Shown here piece by piece: positions 26,866 through 37,191 of a stretch of DNA of 64,000 bases. Source of the DNA: Gemmatimonadaceae bacterium (GTDB lineage Bacteria; Gemmatimonadota; Gemmatimonadetes; Gemmatimonadales; Gemmatimonadaceae); NCBI GenBank assembly GCA_045803545.1, contig JBJMOW010000004.1, positions 224,001-288,000 on the forward strand, in the 5' to 3' direction. Below the pieces are notes generated by a model. The model did no database searches and had not been told where the DNA came from. It worked only from the letters and a program-made list of their open reading frames with translations. Position 1 is the first letter of the stretch; every line of letters starts with the position of its first letter. A program made the translations under genes and the position numbers.

Positions 26866-29800
26866 TTACGCCAGCTTCTCGATTCTCTCGCCTGCCGGCG
26901 CCGGATGCACACCGCGGGGAATCGGGTGCTCGGCCGTCCGCGGTTTGTAAACGCCGAACCGCCGGAATACCCACTCTCTCCACTCATCGAGAATCTCGTA
27001 GAACGTCGGGATCACGACGAGTGTCAGCAACGTCGATGTAATGACACCACCGATAACCGCTCGTCCGAGCGGCGCACGGAACTCGGCGCCTTCGCCGACA
27101 CCGAGAGCAACCGGGATCATACCCGCGATCAGCGCCAGCGTCGTCATCAGAATCGGACGCAAGCGAATCGCACCCGCCTGAATAAGCGCTTCGCGTCTAG
27201 GCACGCCTTCCTTCTCGCGCGCCCACTTGGCGAAGTCGATGAGCAGAATGGCGTTCTTCGCCACGATTCCCATCAACAGAATCACTCCGATCAAGCTCAT
27301 GATGTTGATCGTGGTGTTGGTGAACATCAGTGCCAGCATCACGCCGATCAGCGACAACGGGAGTGACGCCATGATCGCCAGCGGCTCGAGGAACGAGCCG
27401 AACTGCATCACCAGGATCAGATACATCAGCATCACCGCGATGCCGAGCGCCGAGAAAATGCGTCCGAACACTTCTGCCTGATCCTTCGCCTCACCGCCCT
27501 GGGTGATACGCACGCCTGGCGGCAACGTGATCTTCGCAATCTTCGCGTTGATGTCACGCATGACTTCGGTCAGCGGACGACCGGAAGTATTCGCCTGCAC
27601 CGTTACGACGGGGTCCGAGTCGAGATGGCTGACCTGCGCCGGACCAAGCGACTGCGAAATCGTCGCGATCTGGCCGAGTGGCAACGTTTCAGGTCTGCCG
27701 TTGGGTCCCATTACGATGATCGGCAGTTGTTCGAGATCCGACGCGCGCTGTCTCGCTTCGGGCGCGAGTCTCACGTTCACTTCACGGGTCTCGTCGCTCG
27801 GATCGACCCAGTCGCCCGCCTTGATACCTGCGAACGCGGGGCGCAGCGACTGAGCCACTTGCGCGACTGTCACTCCGAGTGAGCCGGCAAGACCGCGATT
27901 GATGTCGACGCTCAGCTCCGGCTTCTGTCCCTTGGTCGAGAGACCGACATCGACCGCGCCTTTCACGTTTCGCAGTTGGTCGGCGATCAGCTCCGCCGCC
28001 GGAGTCATCGACTTGATCGTTCCGCCGCGCAGCTGGATCTGGATCTGCTTCTGGTCGCCGCCGAAAGAGTTGGTGAACACTGACATTTGAGCACCACCAA
28101 TCTGGCCGACTTCCTTACGAAGCTGACGGCCAAAATCTTCCGCGCCAATCTTGCGATCGGCTTTGGGGACAAGCCGAACGTAGACCTGGCCGACGTTCAC
28201 ATCGCCCGTCTGACCGCCAGTCGTCGTATAAGTGAATCTCACGATGTCCTTGTGCGAGCGGGCGATACGCGCCGCCTCTTCAGCCTTGATCTGTGTGTAG
28301 TTGAGATTCGACCCGGGCGGAGTCTCGAGGGCGATTATGACTTCGGATTGATCCTCGGTGCCGAAGAAGCTCGCGCCGACGAGTCCCAGGGCCGGGAGCG
28401 CAAGGGCGCCGACAAAAGAGCCGATCGCGATAAGCACCATCGCGACTCGGTGATCGAGGGCCCACGCAACTAACCCCTTGTACTTTTCCGCCATCCGGTT
28501 GAACCATGAGTTGAACCGGTCCAACGTGCGGGCAATCGGGTTTCGACGCTCGTGTGCTTCGACCTGCGGATCCGGCCAGTAGGCGGATAACATCGGGTCG
28601 AGTGAGAATGACACGAATAGGGAGACGAGCACCGACGACGCGATCGTAAGCGCAAACGGCTTGAACCACTGGCCCGCGACACCGTACATGAACGCGATCG
28701 GTACGAACACCGCGACGATCGAGAATGTCGTCGCCGCAACGGCAAGACCGATCTCGTCCGTACCCTCATGTGACGCTGTCACATGGTCCTTACCCATCTC
28801 GATGTGTCGTACGATGTTCTCGCGCACAACAATGGCATCGTCGATCAGAATTCCAATCGCCAGCGACAGGCCGAGCAGCGACATCGTGTTGAGCGTGAAT
28901 CCGAACGCCCACACTGCGATGAACGACGCCATCACCGAGACTGGTAGTGCCAGACCGGTGATAACCGTCGATCTCCACGAGTTGAGGAAGACGAACACTA
29001 CCAGCACCGTAAGGAACGCGCCTTCGAGCAGCGCTTCCTCGACGTTGCGTACCGAATCAGCAACACGCTTTCCCGCATCGCGGACGATGTCCATCTTCAC
29101 GCCCGTCGGCAGCGTCTTCTGAAGCTCCTCGACCTGCTTGCGAATCTTGTTGCTGACGTCGGTCGTGCTGTAACCCTTCGATTTGACGATGTCGATGCCG
29201 ATGCCTTCGACGCCGTTGAATAACGCGATCGATCGCTGCTCCTGGGTACCGTCGATTGCGTTCGCCACCTGTCCGAGCCGAATGATCTGACCATTCCGCT
29301 GGGTGATGACGAGGTTCTCGAAGTCTTGTGGACCTTCCAACCGGCCTTGCAGTCGAATCGTGCGTTCCTGCAGATCACCATTCACCCGTCCGACCGGCGC
29401 TGCCAGATTTTGCGCCTGCAACGCTCCAACGACCTCACCGACACTGAGCCCTGCAGCCTGCAACGCTTCGGGCTTCAGCTGAATCGTCATCTCCCGCTTC
29501 ACGCCGCCCACCACCTGCACCTGCGCCACACCGGGAATGCCTTTGAGCTTGGCGGTGATACCCGGATCAGCCAGTCGAGTCAACTGCGCCGGCGTCATCG
29601 TCTGCGAGTTCATCGTGATCGACACGATCGGGATGTCCGCCGGATCGAAGCGCTGGAGTACCGGCTCTTTCATCTCGACCGGCAGATCCTGTCTGATGCC
29701 GGAGATCGCATCGCGAATGTCCTGCGTTCCGATCTGCGGATCCTTCTCAAACAGGAACAGCGTGATGATCTGCGCGTAGCCGTCGCCCGCCGTGCCGAAG

Positions 29801-30039
29801 ATCTGATCGACACCGGAGATGCCCTTGATTGCATCCTCGACCGGCTTGAGCACCTCTCGCTCGACACCCTCAGGTGACGCGCCGGGGTACGGAATGAAAG
29901 TGAGAACGACCGGCTGTTGAATGTCGGGGAACTCGTCCGTCTGCAATCGATAACACGAGAACAAGCCAAAAACCACCAGCGCCACCATGGTGACGACGGT
30001 GATCATCGGCCGCTTGATTGCAAAATCAGATATGACCAT
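26866..30039 (-). CDS. RND efflux permease (AcrB/AcrD/AcrF family)
   Basis: 1057 aa, IDDAIVVRENI, KNAILL, RLRPILMTT. Confidence 0.95.
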   Translation of the reverse strand: MVISDFAIKRPMITVVTMVALVVFGLFSCYRLQTDEFPDIQQPVVLTFIPYPGASPEGVEREVLKPVEDAIKGISGVDQIFGTAGDGYAQIITLFLFEKDPQIGTQDIRDAISGIRQDLPVEMKEPVLQRFDPADIPIVSITMNSQTMTPAQLTRLADPGITAKLKGIPGVAQVQVVGGVKREMTIQLKPEALQAAGLSVGEVVGALQAQNLAAPVGRVNGDLQERTIRLQGRLEGPQDFENLVITQRNGQIIRLGQVANAIDGTQEQRSIALFNGVEGIGIDIVKSKGYSTTDVSNKIRKQVEELQKTLPTGVKMDIVRDAGKRVADSVRNVEEALLEGAFLTVLVVFVFLNSWRSTVITGLALPVSVMASFIAVWAFGFTLNTMSLLGLSLAIGILIDDAIVVRENIVRHIEMGKDHVTASHEGTDEIGLAVAATTFSIVAVFVPIAFMYGVAGQWFKPFALTIASSVLVSLFVSFSLDPMLSAYWPDPQVEAHERRNPIARTLDRFNSWFNRMAEKYKGLVAWALDHRVAMVLIAIGSFVGALALPALGLVGASFFGTEDQSEVIIALETPPGSNLNYTQIKAEEAARIARSHKDIVRFTYTTTGGQTGDVNVGQVYVRLVPKADRKIGAEDFGRQLRKEVGQIGGAQMSVFTNSFGGDQKQIQIQLRGGTIKSMTPAAELIADQLRNVKGAVDVGLSTKGQKPELSVDINRGLAGSLGVTVAQVAQSLRPAFAGIKAGDWVDPSDETREVNVRLAPEARQRASDLEQLPIIVMGPNGRPETLPLGQIATISQSLGPAQVSHLDSDPVVTVQANTSGRPLTEVMRDINAKIAKITLPPGVRITQGGEAKDQAEVFGRIFSALGIAVMLMYLILVMQFGSFLEPLAIMASLPLSLIGVMLALMFTNTTINIMSLIGVILLMGIVAKNAILLIDFAKWAREKEGVPRREALIQAGAIRLRPILMTTLALIAGMIPVALGVGEGAEFRAPLGRAVIGGVITSTLLTLVVIPTFYEILDEWREWVFRRFGVYKPRTAEHPIPRGVHPAPAGERIEKLA

Positions 30040-30042
30040 GGG

Positions 30043-31209
30043 TTACTGTCCTCCTGCTGCCGTAGTGCTCGCCGCTGCCGGCGTGTTTGCGGGCGCCGTC
30101 ACCTTTACCGGCGTGCCTGGCGTGATACCCTGCGCCGCACCAAGCAGCAGCGTGTCGCCGGCCATGAGTCCGGCGAGGATCTCCGTCGTCTCCGTGCTCC
30201 TGTCGGTGAGGCCGATCGACACGTTGACGTGCTCGGCCTTGCCACCCTTCACTCGCGTAACCACCGGCTGAGTGCCGCGAACATCGACCGCTGCCGCCGG
30301 GACGACGAGACCGTTCTTAGTCGCTGTCGACACCCGACCCGACGCGAACAGTCCACCGACGAGTGTGCGACCAGCGTTGGGGATCGAGACGTAGATGCGA
30401 ACCTGCCGTGTCGTCGGATCAGCGGTTGGATTCACACGCGTGATATGTCCGACGAACTGACGCCCCGGATAACCGCTGACTGTAAATACCACCGGCACCC
30501 CTACCCGGATCAGCGACAGCTGCTCCGCCGGCACCGATGCTTCGAGTCTCATGCTCGAGGGATCTACCACCGTGTAAAGCGCGGTGCCCGGTTGCACGAC
30601 GTCGCCTGCCGAAACGGGTCGATCGCTGACGATACCGCCGAGCGGTGACGTCACCGTCGTGCTGCGATATTGTCTCTCCGCGCTCGCCAGCCGCGAGTTC
30701 GCGTCCTCGAGCGCTGCCTGTGCAGCGATCGACGAACGACGCGATTGCTCGATGTCACGCTCGGCGATTGCGCCCGCGGCCAGCAGCTTCTCGTTGCGCG
30801 CCAGATCCTTGGTTGCGATGTCGGCGGTGTTGCGCGCAGCTACTACCTGAGCACGCGCCGAGGTGTACGCGTCCTGAATGCCGGTGGCGTCGATGCGCGC
30901 CAGCACCGTACCCGCGTTCACAGCCTGTCCCTGATCCGCATAAGTCTGCAGCACACTGCCTGACACCTGAGCCCGCAGCACTGCCTCACGCTCGGGCTCG
31001 AGTGTTCCGGAAATGGACGGACCGCTCATGATGGTGGTGTTGGTGACGACAGCAATGTTCTCGGGACCGACGGTAATCGCGTCTGTCTTTGTCGTCTCCG
31101 CTGCCGACGCATTGTCGCCTTTGCTGCGCGAGAATATCGCGAACAGAATGAGAAGGACCGCCAAAATACCGCCACCGATTTTCCAGGTCCTGCCGCTGAT
31201 TGTCTTCAT
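30043..31209 (-). CDS. RND periplasmic adaptor (membrane fusion protein)
   Basis: N-terminal TM, lipoyl half-motifs, SPLGGIV, PTADPTTR. Confidence 0.92.
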   Translation of the reverse strand: MKTISGRTWKIGGGILAVLLILFAIFSRSKGDNASAAETTKTDAITVGPENIAVVTNTTIMSGPSISGTLEPEREAVLRAQVSGSVLQTYADQGQAVNAGTVLARIDATGIQDAYTSARAQVVAARNTADIATKDLARNEKLLAAGAIAERDIEQSRRSSIAAQAALEDANSRLASAERQYRSTTVTSPLGGIVSDRPVSAGDVVQPGTALYTVVDPSSMRLEASVPAEQLSLIRVGVPVVFTVSGYPGRQFVGHITRVNPTADPTTRQVRIYVSIPNAGRTLVGGLFASGRVSTATKNGLVVPAAAVDVRGTQPVVTRVKGGKAEHVNVSIGLTDRSTETTEILAGLMAGDTLLLGAAQGITPGTPVKVTAPANTPAAASTTAAGGQ

Positions 31210-31232
31210 ATAAAGTCTCGTCTTATCTGATT

Positions 31233-32909
31233 TTACTGTGGTGGTATTCCGGTGCCCTGCTGTCCCGCCGCCTGCGACTGCTGCGTTGCCGCCTGGGTCT
31301 GACTGCTCTGTTGCTGCGTCGACTGCTGCTGCGATGACTGCTGTGCCTGCGCTTGCGCAGCCGTGTTCGTCGATTGCAGCGGCAGATCGCTCAGTAACGC
31401 GAGCTTGACACGCGCTACCTGGAGATTGCGTGCGGCAAGCGCTCTGTTAGCCACCGCCTGCTCCAACAGAATTCGCGCATCGTTCAGCTCGATCTGCGTC
31501 GAAATCCCTTCCTTGTAACGGACCGTCGCGATCGAATATGCTCTCTGCGCCTGCTCGGCGGTGCCAAGACTCGCCTGCCACGCCGCTCTCGCCTGCTGGA
31601 GATTATTGATCGTTACACGCGCATCGAGCGCGGCGAACTCCCGCACCTGATCGAAGCGCGCCTGCGCCTCGCGCAGATTAGCCTGCGCAACCATCCGGTC
31701 GCCTCTCAATCGTCCACCGGTGAAAAGCGGCATTTGTGCGGCTACCCCGATCGTCCAGTTCGTACGGAACTCTCCTGATTGCGGCAATCCATTGAGCGGG
31801 AATGCAACCTTGCCGTAGCTGGAAGTCAGCGCGAGAGATGGTAGATATTCGGCCTTCGCCACGCTCAGCAGGCCGCGCTGTGCGTTTATCGCTTCGGCGG
31901 CCTGTCTTACCGTCGCCCGGTTGATAGCTGATGTATCACCCCCGACGCCCATGCGCGCGAGTGCGGCATTGGCGGCGGCCGAATCATCCACCGCTGTCGT
32001 CAGCGTCACCTGCTCGTCGAGCGGAATATTGAGCAGCTGCTTCAGTCTGAGGTACGCGACTTCGCGATCGCTTTGCCTCTGAATCACGATCGGCCGCTGA
32101 TTCGCACTCGACACCTGCGCCCGCAGCAACTCGAATTCCGAGACATTGCCGACGTTTCGCGCGAGCTGAGTCTGCCTCAGAACATTTTCGGTTTGCACCG
32201 ACGACGATTCCGCGAGCGCGACCAGTCGATCGGCAAGTGCCGCATCGAAGTACGCTTGCGTCACGTCGAGCTGCAGCTGCGCGCGCTGCGCGGTGAGCTC
32301 GATGTCAGCAGTCCGACGCCCCGCATTCGCTACGCGATTCTGCGCCACGATCCGTCCGCCCGCAAAAAGATTCTGTGAGAACGTCACGCCGAGGTTGTAC
32401 TGATTCTTCGCACCGAATCCGAGATTGCCGAATGACGAGAACGGATTCTGGCCTAGCGCGCAGCGTGAAGCGTCCTCGAGTCCGGCCAGGCGCTCGTCGG
32501 TCGTTGCAGTCGGGTCACGAAGGTACTGATCGCACGGCGCCGCGGGAGCTGGTGGCTTCGTGGTATCGACGGCAGGAGCTTCACCGCCGATATCCTGGAA
32601 CTGGGACGCCAGCGTTCGCGTGTAGCTCGCCGAGCCGTTCAGCTGCGGAAAGTACTGGCTACGCGCCTGCCACTGCTGACCGTGCGCGCGGTCAACACCC
32701 GCGCGCGCGATTTTCACCGCTTCACTCTGTAATTCTGCGATGCGAACTGCTTCGTCGAGAGTGAGCGTCCTCTTACCGACCGTGCGAACGGTGTCGAGCT
32801 GCGGAACCTGGGCGCGCGCGAGCACCGGCGAGGCGATCGCCAATATGAGGAACGTTCGAATTATTCTGCCGATCCGTCCGGGACGGCTTCGGCCAACTGA
32901 AGAGATCAC
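31233..32909 (-). CDS. TolC family outer-membrane efflux protein
   Basis: LTLDEAV, YFPQL, RYKEGIST, duplicated OEP repeats; Gln-rich tail. Confidence 0.9.
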   Translation of the reverse strand: MISSVGRSRPGRIGRIIRTFLILAIASPVLARAQVPQLDTVRTVGKRTLTLDEAVRIAELQSEAVKIARAGVDRAHGQQWQARSQYFPQLNGSASYTRTLASQFQDIGGEAPAVDTTKPPAPAAPCDQYLRDPTATTDERLAGLEDASRCALGQNPFSSFGNLGFGAKNQYNLGVTFSQNLFAGGRIVAQNRVANAGRRTADIELTAQRAQLQLDVTQAYFDAALADRLVALAESSSVQTENVLRQTQLARNVGNVSEFELLRAQVSSANQRPIVIQRQSDREVAYLRLKQLLNIPLDEQVTLTTAVDDSAAANAALARMGVGGDTSAINRATVRQAAEAINAQRGLLSVAKAEYLPSLALTSSYGKVAFPLNGLPQSGEFRTNWTIGVAAQMPLFTGGRLRGDRMVAQANLREAQARFDQVREFAALDARVTINNLQQARAAWQASLGTAEQAQRAYSIATVRYKEGISTQIELNDARILLEQAVANRALAARNLQVARVKLALLSDLPLQSTNTAAQAQAQQSSQQQSTQQQSSQTQAATQQSQAAGQQGTGIPPQ

Positions 32910-33538
32910 GATTTCAGGGAGATAGGTGTTTCGTTGTGCTTCCGATTATTCGTGGAACGAGTGGTTTCCTTTTCGACACCAAGCGCCTGCAACAAGAGCT
33001 CGCTGTAGGTATGTGCGGCGTCCGTGACTGACTGCGGATACACGTCGGGCATCATGTCGCGGCCCATCGCATCAGCGAACAAAGCTCCCATCAGCATTGC
33101 GGCAGCGGTTTTCGGCTCGAAGTCTGCGCGGATCTTCCCCTGCTTCCTGAGCGCACCCAGGTAATCGCATAGGTCGCCGGACGCCATTCTCGGCAGATAG
33201 CTCGCACACTCGGACATTTCCGGCCGCTCTTCGATCTCGCTCATCGTCTTACGGATGATCGAGCCGCGAAGTCTCAAATGCTGCATCAGCGATTCGCTCC
33301 AGACCGTCAGCTCCCGCTGGGGATCGACGGGCGTTTGGGGCAGTGTCGCAATATCCGCCGACTGAGTGAGATGCTGCATTGCCTCCCGAATCAGGGCTTC
33401 CTTGGACCCGAACTGGCGGAAGATGGTGATCTCGTTTACGCCGGCGGCATCGGCAATGCGACGTGTAGTCGAGCCGCGGAATCCGTGTTGCGCGAAAACT
33501 CCGCAGGCGGCGTTTAGAATTCCGGTTCTTGTATTCAC
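32906..33538 (-). CDS. TetR/AcrR family regulator
   Basis: HTH GSTTRRIADAAGVNEITIFRQFGSKE; start likely GTG 33538. Confidence 0.9.
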   Translation of the reverse strand: MNTRTGILNAACGVFAQHGFRGSTTRRIADAAGVNEITIFRQFGSKEALIREAMQHLTQSADIATLPQTPVDPQRELTVWSESLMQHLRLRGSIIRKTMSEIEERPEMSECASYLPRMASGDLCDYLGALRKQGKIRADFEPKTAAAMLMGALFADAMGRDMMPDVYPQSVTDAAHTYSELLLQALGVEKETTRSTNNRKHNETPISLKS

Positions 33539-33616
33539 GGCGCGCAGTCTATATCCGTCGGCGCCGTCATGCAAGTAGTCACTTGCTTACACAATCGCTT
33601 CACCCGATCGGTATCG

Positions 33617-33901
33617 ATGACTGACAAACCAGAACTGGACGAAGCCTTTGACGCCGCCGTGGCTGCAACTATGAACTGTAGAGCTGCCGGAATGGTGTGC
33701 GTCGACGGCAGCTCAGCCATCGCAAATCTCGATCGCCTTGAGGGAGAGCTCGTCGATGAGAAAACCCGAGCTCTAGAGCGCGGATCCGTGGACAAGGAAT
33801 GGTTTCAGAAAACGGTGCGCTGGCTGGTCGAATGGGTGCCAGAAACGGAGCTCGCGTTGATTGCCGCGCTCGGACGGATCGCGCGAGCCAAGCGTCGATA
33901 A
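33617..33901 (+). CDS. Hypothetical protein
   Basis: 94-aa helical-looking ORF divergent from tetR. Confidence 0.55.
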   Translation: MTDKPELDEAFDAAVAATMNCRAAGMVCVDGSSAIANLDRLEGELVDEKTRALERGSVDKEWFQKTVRWLVEWVPETELALIAALGRIARAKRR

Positions 33902-33935
33902 CCGCCTTAACTTCCCGACTGCCAATCAACTGTTG

Positions 33936-35294
33936 ATGCCTTTCTCCTTACGAAGCTCACTTTGCTCACTCCTGCTTTTGTGGCCCGCACCAGTCTGGGG
34001 GCACGCCCGGCTGTTGAGAAGCGAACCGAGCTCCGGTTCTAGCGCCGAGTCTCCGCGTTTCATTCGGCTGTGGTTCTCCGAGCGACCGGAAGTACGTCTC
34101 ACCGCGGTGACCTTGAGAAACGAGGGCGGAGCGATGCTCTCGGTACTCGATCCGCGGAGCGAAGCCGGAAACCCGCTGCAAGTTTCTTTCGCGATCGCGA
34201 GTGCATTGCCGCCAGGCCAGTACACTGCGGAATGGCGTACTGTCTCATCTGACGGTCATCCATCACATGGTCGTTTTGCATTCACGGTGTTGGCTGCGCC
34301 GTCGCCGACGACGGTTCAGGCGCCAGCTAGTGCTTCATCGTTCAGTCCTGCCACTGCAACCGCTGCGAAAGACAGCGCCCAATCAGTAGACTCGGCTTCA
34401 CCCGGCAACTCTCTCAGTCGAGGCGTTTCGTTCGCGGGCATCCTCCTGATCGTTGGAGTAATCGTCTTCAACCTTCTCGTTGTTGCGCGCTCTGCCCGCA
34501 TTCCGGGAGAACTGGTGTGGCGCATGGAATCGCGGGCCGCGGTCGTCGGCGTCAGCGCCAGTATGCTCACAATAATGGCCGGCTTTAGCAGGATGTTCTT
34601 TGAGGCGAGGATGATCAGAGCCATGCCGGGAATGGATGCGACGACGATGCAATCCGTTCTCATGGGTACGGCGTGGGGAGCTGCGATGCGGATTCAGATC
34701 ATCGCCGCTTTCCTGGCAATGATCGCGTTCGCGATCGCAATCAAGCGAATCCGCGGTGCGTGGCTCATCGCCAGCCTGGCCGGCGCAATCCTGGCTGCAA
34801 CGCCTGCTCTCAGCGGACACGCGGCTGCGGCGACCCATCTTTCGAGCGTATTGATCGCAACAGACTTCATTCATGTGGTCGGTGCGTCGAGCTGGCTCGG
34901 TAACCTCGCTTGCGTGATGTTCATCGGCGTTCCGATTCTATTTCGCGCCGGCGGGGAAGACCGTTGGCAGTCGATCGCTGCACTGGTGAATACTTTCTCG
35001 GCGGTGGCTCTCGCGTCAGCAGTAATCGTAGTACTTAGCGGCGTCATCGCTACGTGGATTCATCTCGAGCACTTTTCTTCGCTCTGGCTGACAACCTACG
35101 GCAAAGTTCTTCTTCTGAAGCTCGCGCTGGTGATGGTTACGATCCTTACCGGGGCGTACAACTTCCGTCGTGTGCAACCAGCGCTCGTGCATGAAGAAGG
35201 AACCACCAGGCTTCGGCGATCGACAGCGCTCGAGTTGAGCACGGCAGCCCTGATTGTCCTCGTCACTGGCTTTCTGACTGGTATCGCGCCCTGA
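33936..35294 (+). CDS. CopC-CopD fusion copper uptake/resistance protein
   Basis: HARLLRSEP (N-terminal His), WRTVSSDGH, then multi-TM CopD with GHA and YGKVLLLK. Confidence 0.88.
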   Translation: MPFSLRSSLCSLLLLWPAPVWGHARLLRSEPSSGSSAESPRFIRLWFSERPEVRLTAVTLRNEGGAMLSVLDPRSEAGNPLQVSFAIASALPPGQYTAEWRTVSSDGHPSHGRFAFTVLAAPSPTTVQAPASASSFSPATATAAKDSAQSVDSASPGNSLSRGVSFAGILLIVGVIVFNLLVVARSARIPGELVWRMESRAAVVGVSASMLTIMAGFSRMFFEARMIRAMPGMDATTMQSVLMGTAWGAAMRIQIIAAFLAMIAFAIAIKRIRGAWLIASLAGAILAATPALSGHAAAATHLSSVLIATDFIHVVGASSWLGNLACVMFIGVPILFRAGGEDRWQSIAALVNTFSAVALASAVIVVLSGVIATWIHLEHFSSLWLTTYGKVLLLKLALVMVTILTGAYNFRRVQPALVHEEGTTRLRRSTALELSTAALIVLVTGFLTGIAP

Positions 35295-35392
35295 CGCGCT
35301 GACTTTCCGCCGCGTTGCTTCTCCCTTGCGACGGTCCGCGACAAGCTCTGGATCTCACTCGTCCTGGCAATCCCCACCCAGCCACTCGATAA

Positions 35393-35408
35393 AACAAGTT
35401 ATCTTGAT
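35393..35408 (+). promoter_or_regulatory. Putative ArsR operator upstream of arsR
   Basis: AACAA-gttatc-TTGAT imperfect palindrome. Confidence 0.55.
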
Positions 35409-35421
35409 ATATTAGCAGCCA

Positions 35422-35739
35422 ATGGCTGTTACCACTCACAGAACCGAACGTGCGGTCGAGCTCTTTCACGCACTTTCCGATGAGACCCGACTGCAGATCA
35501 TCGAGCTGCTGCGGAAAGGCGAGCGCTGCGTGTGCGAGCTCACTGACTCGCTCGATGCCGCACAGTCGCGTTTGTCGTTCCATCTTCGTGTTCTCCGCGA
35601 TGCGGGAATAGTCCGCGATCGGAAGGAGGGACGCTGGGTTTACTACGAGCTCGATCCCGAAGTCTTCGAGGAGACCGAGAGTCTGGTGACCGAGCTGAAG
35701 CCTCGTGCCCTTTCAGTAAGGCAGAACTGCTGCGCCTGA
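35422..35739 (+). CDS. arsR: ArsR/SmtB metalloregulator
   Basis: FHALSDETRL, CVCEL, QSRLSFHL, GRWVYY, C-terminal CC. Confidence 0.9.
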   Translation: MAVTTHRTERAVELFHALSDETRLQIIELLRKGERCVCELTDSLDAAQSRLSFHLRVLRDAGIVRDRKEGRWVYYELDPEVFEETESLVTELKPRALSVRQNCCA

Positions 35740-35756
35740 TTTTTTTTGGACAATAC

Positions 35757-35772
35757 ATCAACAATTCTTGTT
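35757..35772 (+). promoter_or_regulatory. Second putative ArsR operator, upstream of arsM
   Basis: ATCAA-caattc-TTGTT imperfect palindrome. Confidence 0.5.
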
Positions 35773-35781
35773 GGAGTCTCG

Positions 35782-36642
35782 ATGATTGACAGCGACCTGA
35801 AGCAAACCATACGAGAGAAGTACGGCGATGCGGCAGCGCGCGTGAAAACCGGCACGACCGATGGCAGCTGTTGTGGTACGAGCGCATGCTGCGGCTCTAC
35901 AACCGCAACCTGGGATCCGATCACCGCGAATCTTTATGACGAGAGCCAGAAGGCGGGCCTGCCGGCTGAGGCCGTGCTTGCATCCCTGGGATGCGGAAAC
36001 CCAACCGCGCTCGCGGAGCTCAAGCCAGGTCAGGTCGTTCTCGACCTCGGCTCCGGAGGCGGCATCGACGTTTTGCTGTCTGCGAAGCGCGTCGGCCCAA
36101 CCGGCAAGGTGTACGGCCTCGACATGACCGACGAGATGTTGGCGCTCGCGAACGAGAACAAGCGTCGCGCCGGCATTGCGAACGTTGAGTTCCTGAAGGG
36201 AGATATCGAGCAGATTCCGCTCCCGGACGAGTCTGTCGACGTTATCATCTCCAACTGCGTGATCAACCTTTCCGCCGACAAGCGCAAAGTGCTCACCGAA
36301 GCGTTCAGAGTTCTAAAACCCGGTGGACGGTTTGCAGTTTCCGACGTCGTCGTCCGCGGGTTCGTGCCTCAGGAAGTCAGAAGTAGCATGGAGTTGTGGA
36401 TTGGCTGCGTCGCGGGTGCGCTGGAAGAGCAGGAATTCATCCACCTGCTTCGCGAGACAGGCTTTGCAAAGCCATCCATCGAGCCAACACGTATCTACAA
36501 GGCGGAGGATGCCGCGGCATTGCTTTCGGGTACTAACCTGAGTGCGCTCGAAATCGCTTCGCAAATCGATGGCAAGTTCATGGGCGCGTTCGTTCGTGCT
36601 TCGAAGCCCATCGCTCAATGCTGCGGTCCGAACTGCTGCTAA
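35782..36642 (+). CDS. arsM: Arsenite S-adenosylmethionine methyltransferase
   Basis: SCCG..CCG, SLGCGNP, LDLGSGGG, ISNCVIN, WIGCVAGA; start likely ATG 35782. Confidence 0.92.
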   Translation: MIDSDLKQTIREKYGDAAARVKTGTTDGSCCGTSACCGSTTATWDPITANLYDESQKAGLPAEAVLASLGCGNPTALAELKPGQVVLDLGSGGGIDVLLSAKRVGPTGKVYGLDMTDEMLALANENKRRAGIANVEFLKGDIEQIPLPDESVDVIISNCVINLSADKRKVLTEAFRVLKPGGRFAVSDVVVRGFVPQEVRSSMELWIGCVAGALEEQEFIHLLRETGFAKPSIEPTRIYKAEDAAALLSGTNLSALEIASQIDGKFMGAFVRASKPIAQCCGPNCC

Positions 36643-36679
36643 GTCGTATCGACACGTTGCACTATTGAAGTGAGGCACT

Positions 36680-37129
36680 ATGAGAATTCGTAAGGCACGC
36701 AACTCGGATCTGACAGCCGTCGAACAACTCCTCGCAGCGAGCAAACTGCCGCTCGATGGAGTTCGCGATCACTTCGCGGATTTCATCGTGGCCGAGGAGC
36801 ATGACGGCATTGAAGGGGTGGTTGGTCTCGAGAAGTACGACTCAGTCGCGTTGCTTCGTTCAGCCGTCGTAGCGCCGGAATACCGAGGCAGCGGAGTCGG
36901 CAGGCAGCTTATCGAGGAAGTACTCAAGCGCGCGCAGGCAGATGGTATCGACGAGTTATACCTGCTGACGACGACCGCCGAGAAATATTTCCCGCGATTT
37001 GGTTTCACCGCGACTACTCGGGCAGCGGTACCAGAAAGCTTGAAATCATCCGCGGAATTTCAGGGCGCCTGTCCGGACACTGCGGTCGTCATGAAACGTC
37101 GGCTCGCCGGAACCTCACGTGAGACTTGA
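36680..37129 (+). CDS. arsN2: Arsenic-resistance N-acetyltransferase (GNAT)
   Basis: ALLRSAVV..YRGSGVG, YLLTTTA..YF...GF, SAEFQGACP; follows arsM. Confidence 0.82.
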   Translation: MRIRKARNSDLTAVEQLLAASKLPLDGVRDHFADFIVAEEHDGIEGVVGLEKYDSVALLRSAVVAPEYRGSGVGRQLIEEVLKRAQADGIDELYLLTTTAEKYFPRFGFTATTRAAVPESLKSSAEFQGACPDTAVVMKRRLAGTSRET

Positions 37130-37190
37130 TGAAGTACGCACTTGTCTCTGACGTTCACGCGAACCTGCCTGCGCTCGCCTCAGCCCGCGA
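37129..37190 (+). pseudogene. 5' remnant of a metallophosphoesterase gene
   Basis: MKYALVSDVHANLPAL (SDxHxN motif), TGATG-coupled to arsN2, then runs antisense into the dipeptidase. Confidence 0.7.
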
Positions 37191-37191
37191 T

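Noticed and set aside
31233..31375. Gln-rich repetitive DNA
   Set aside because: Low-complexity coding tail of TolC, not a separate element.
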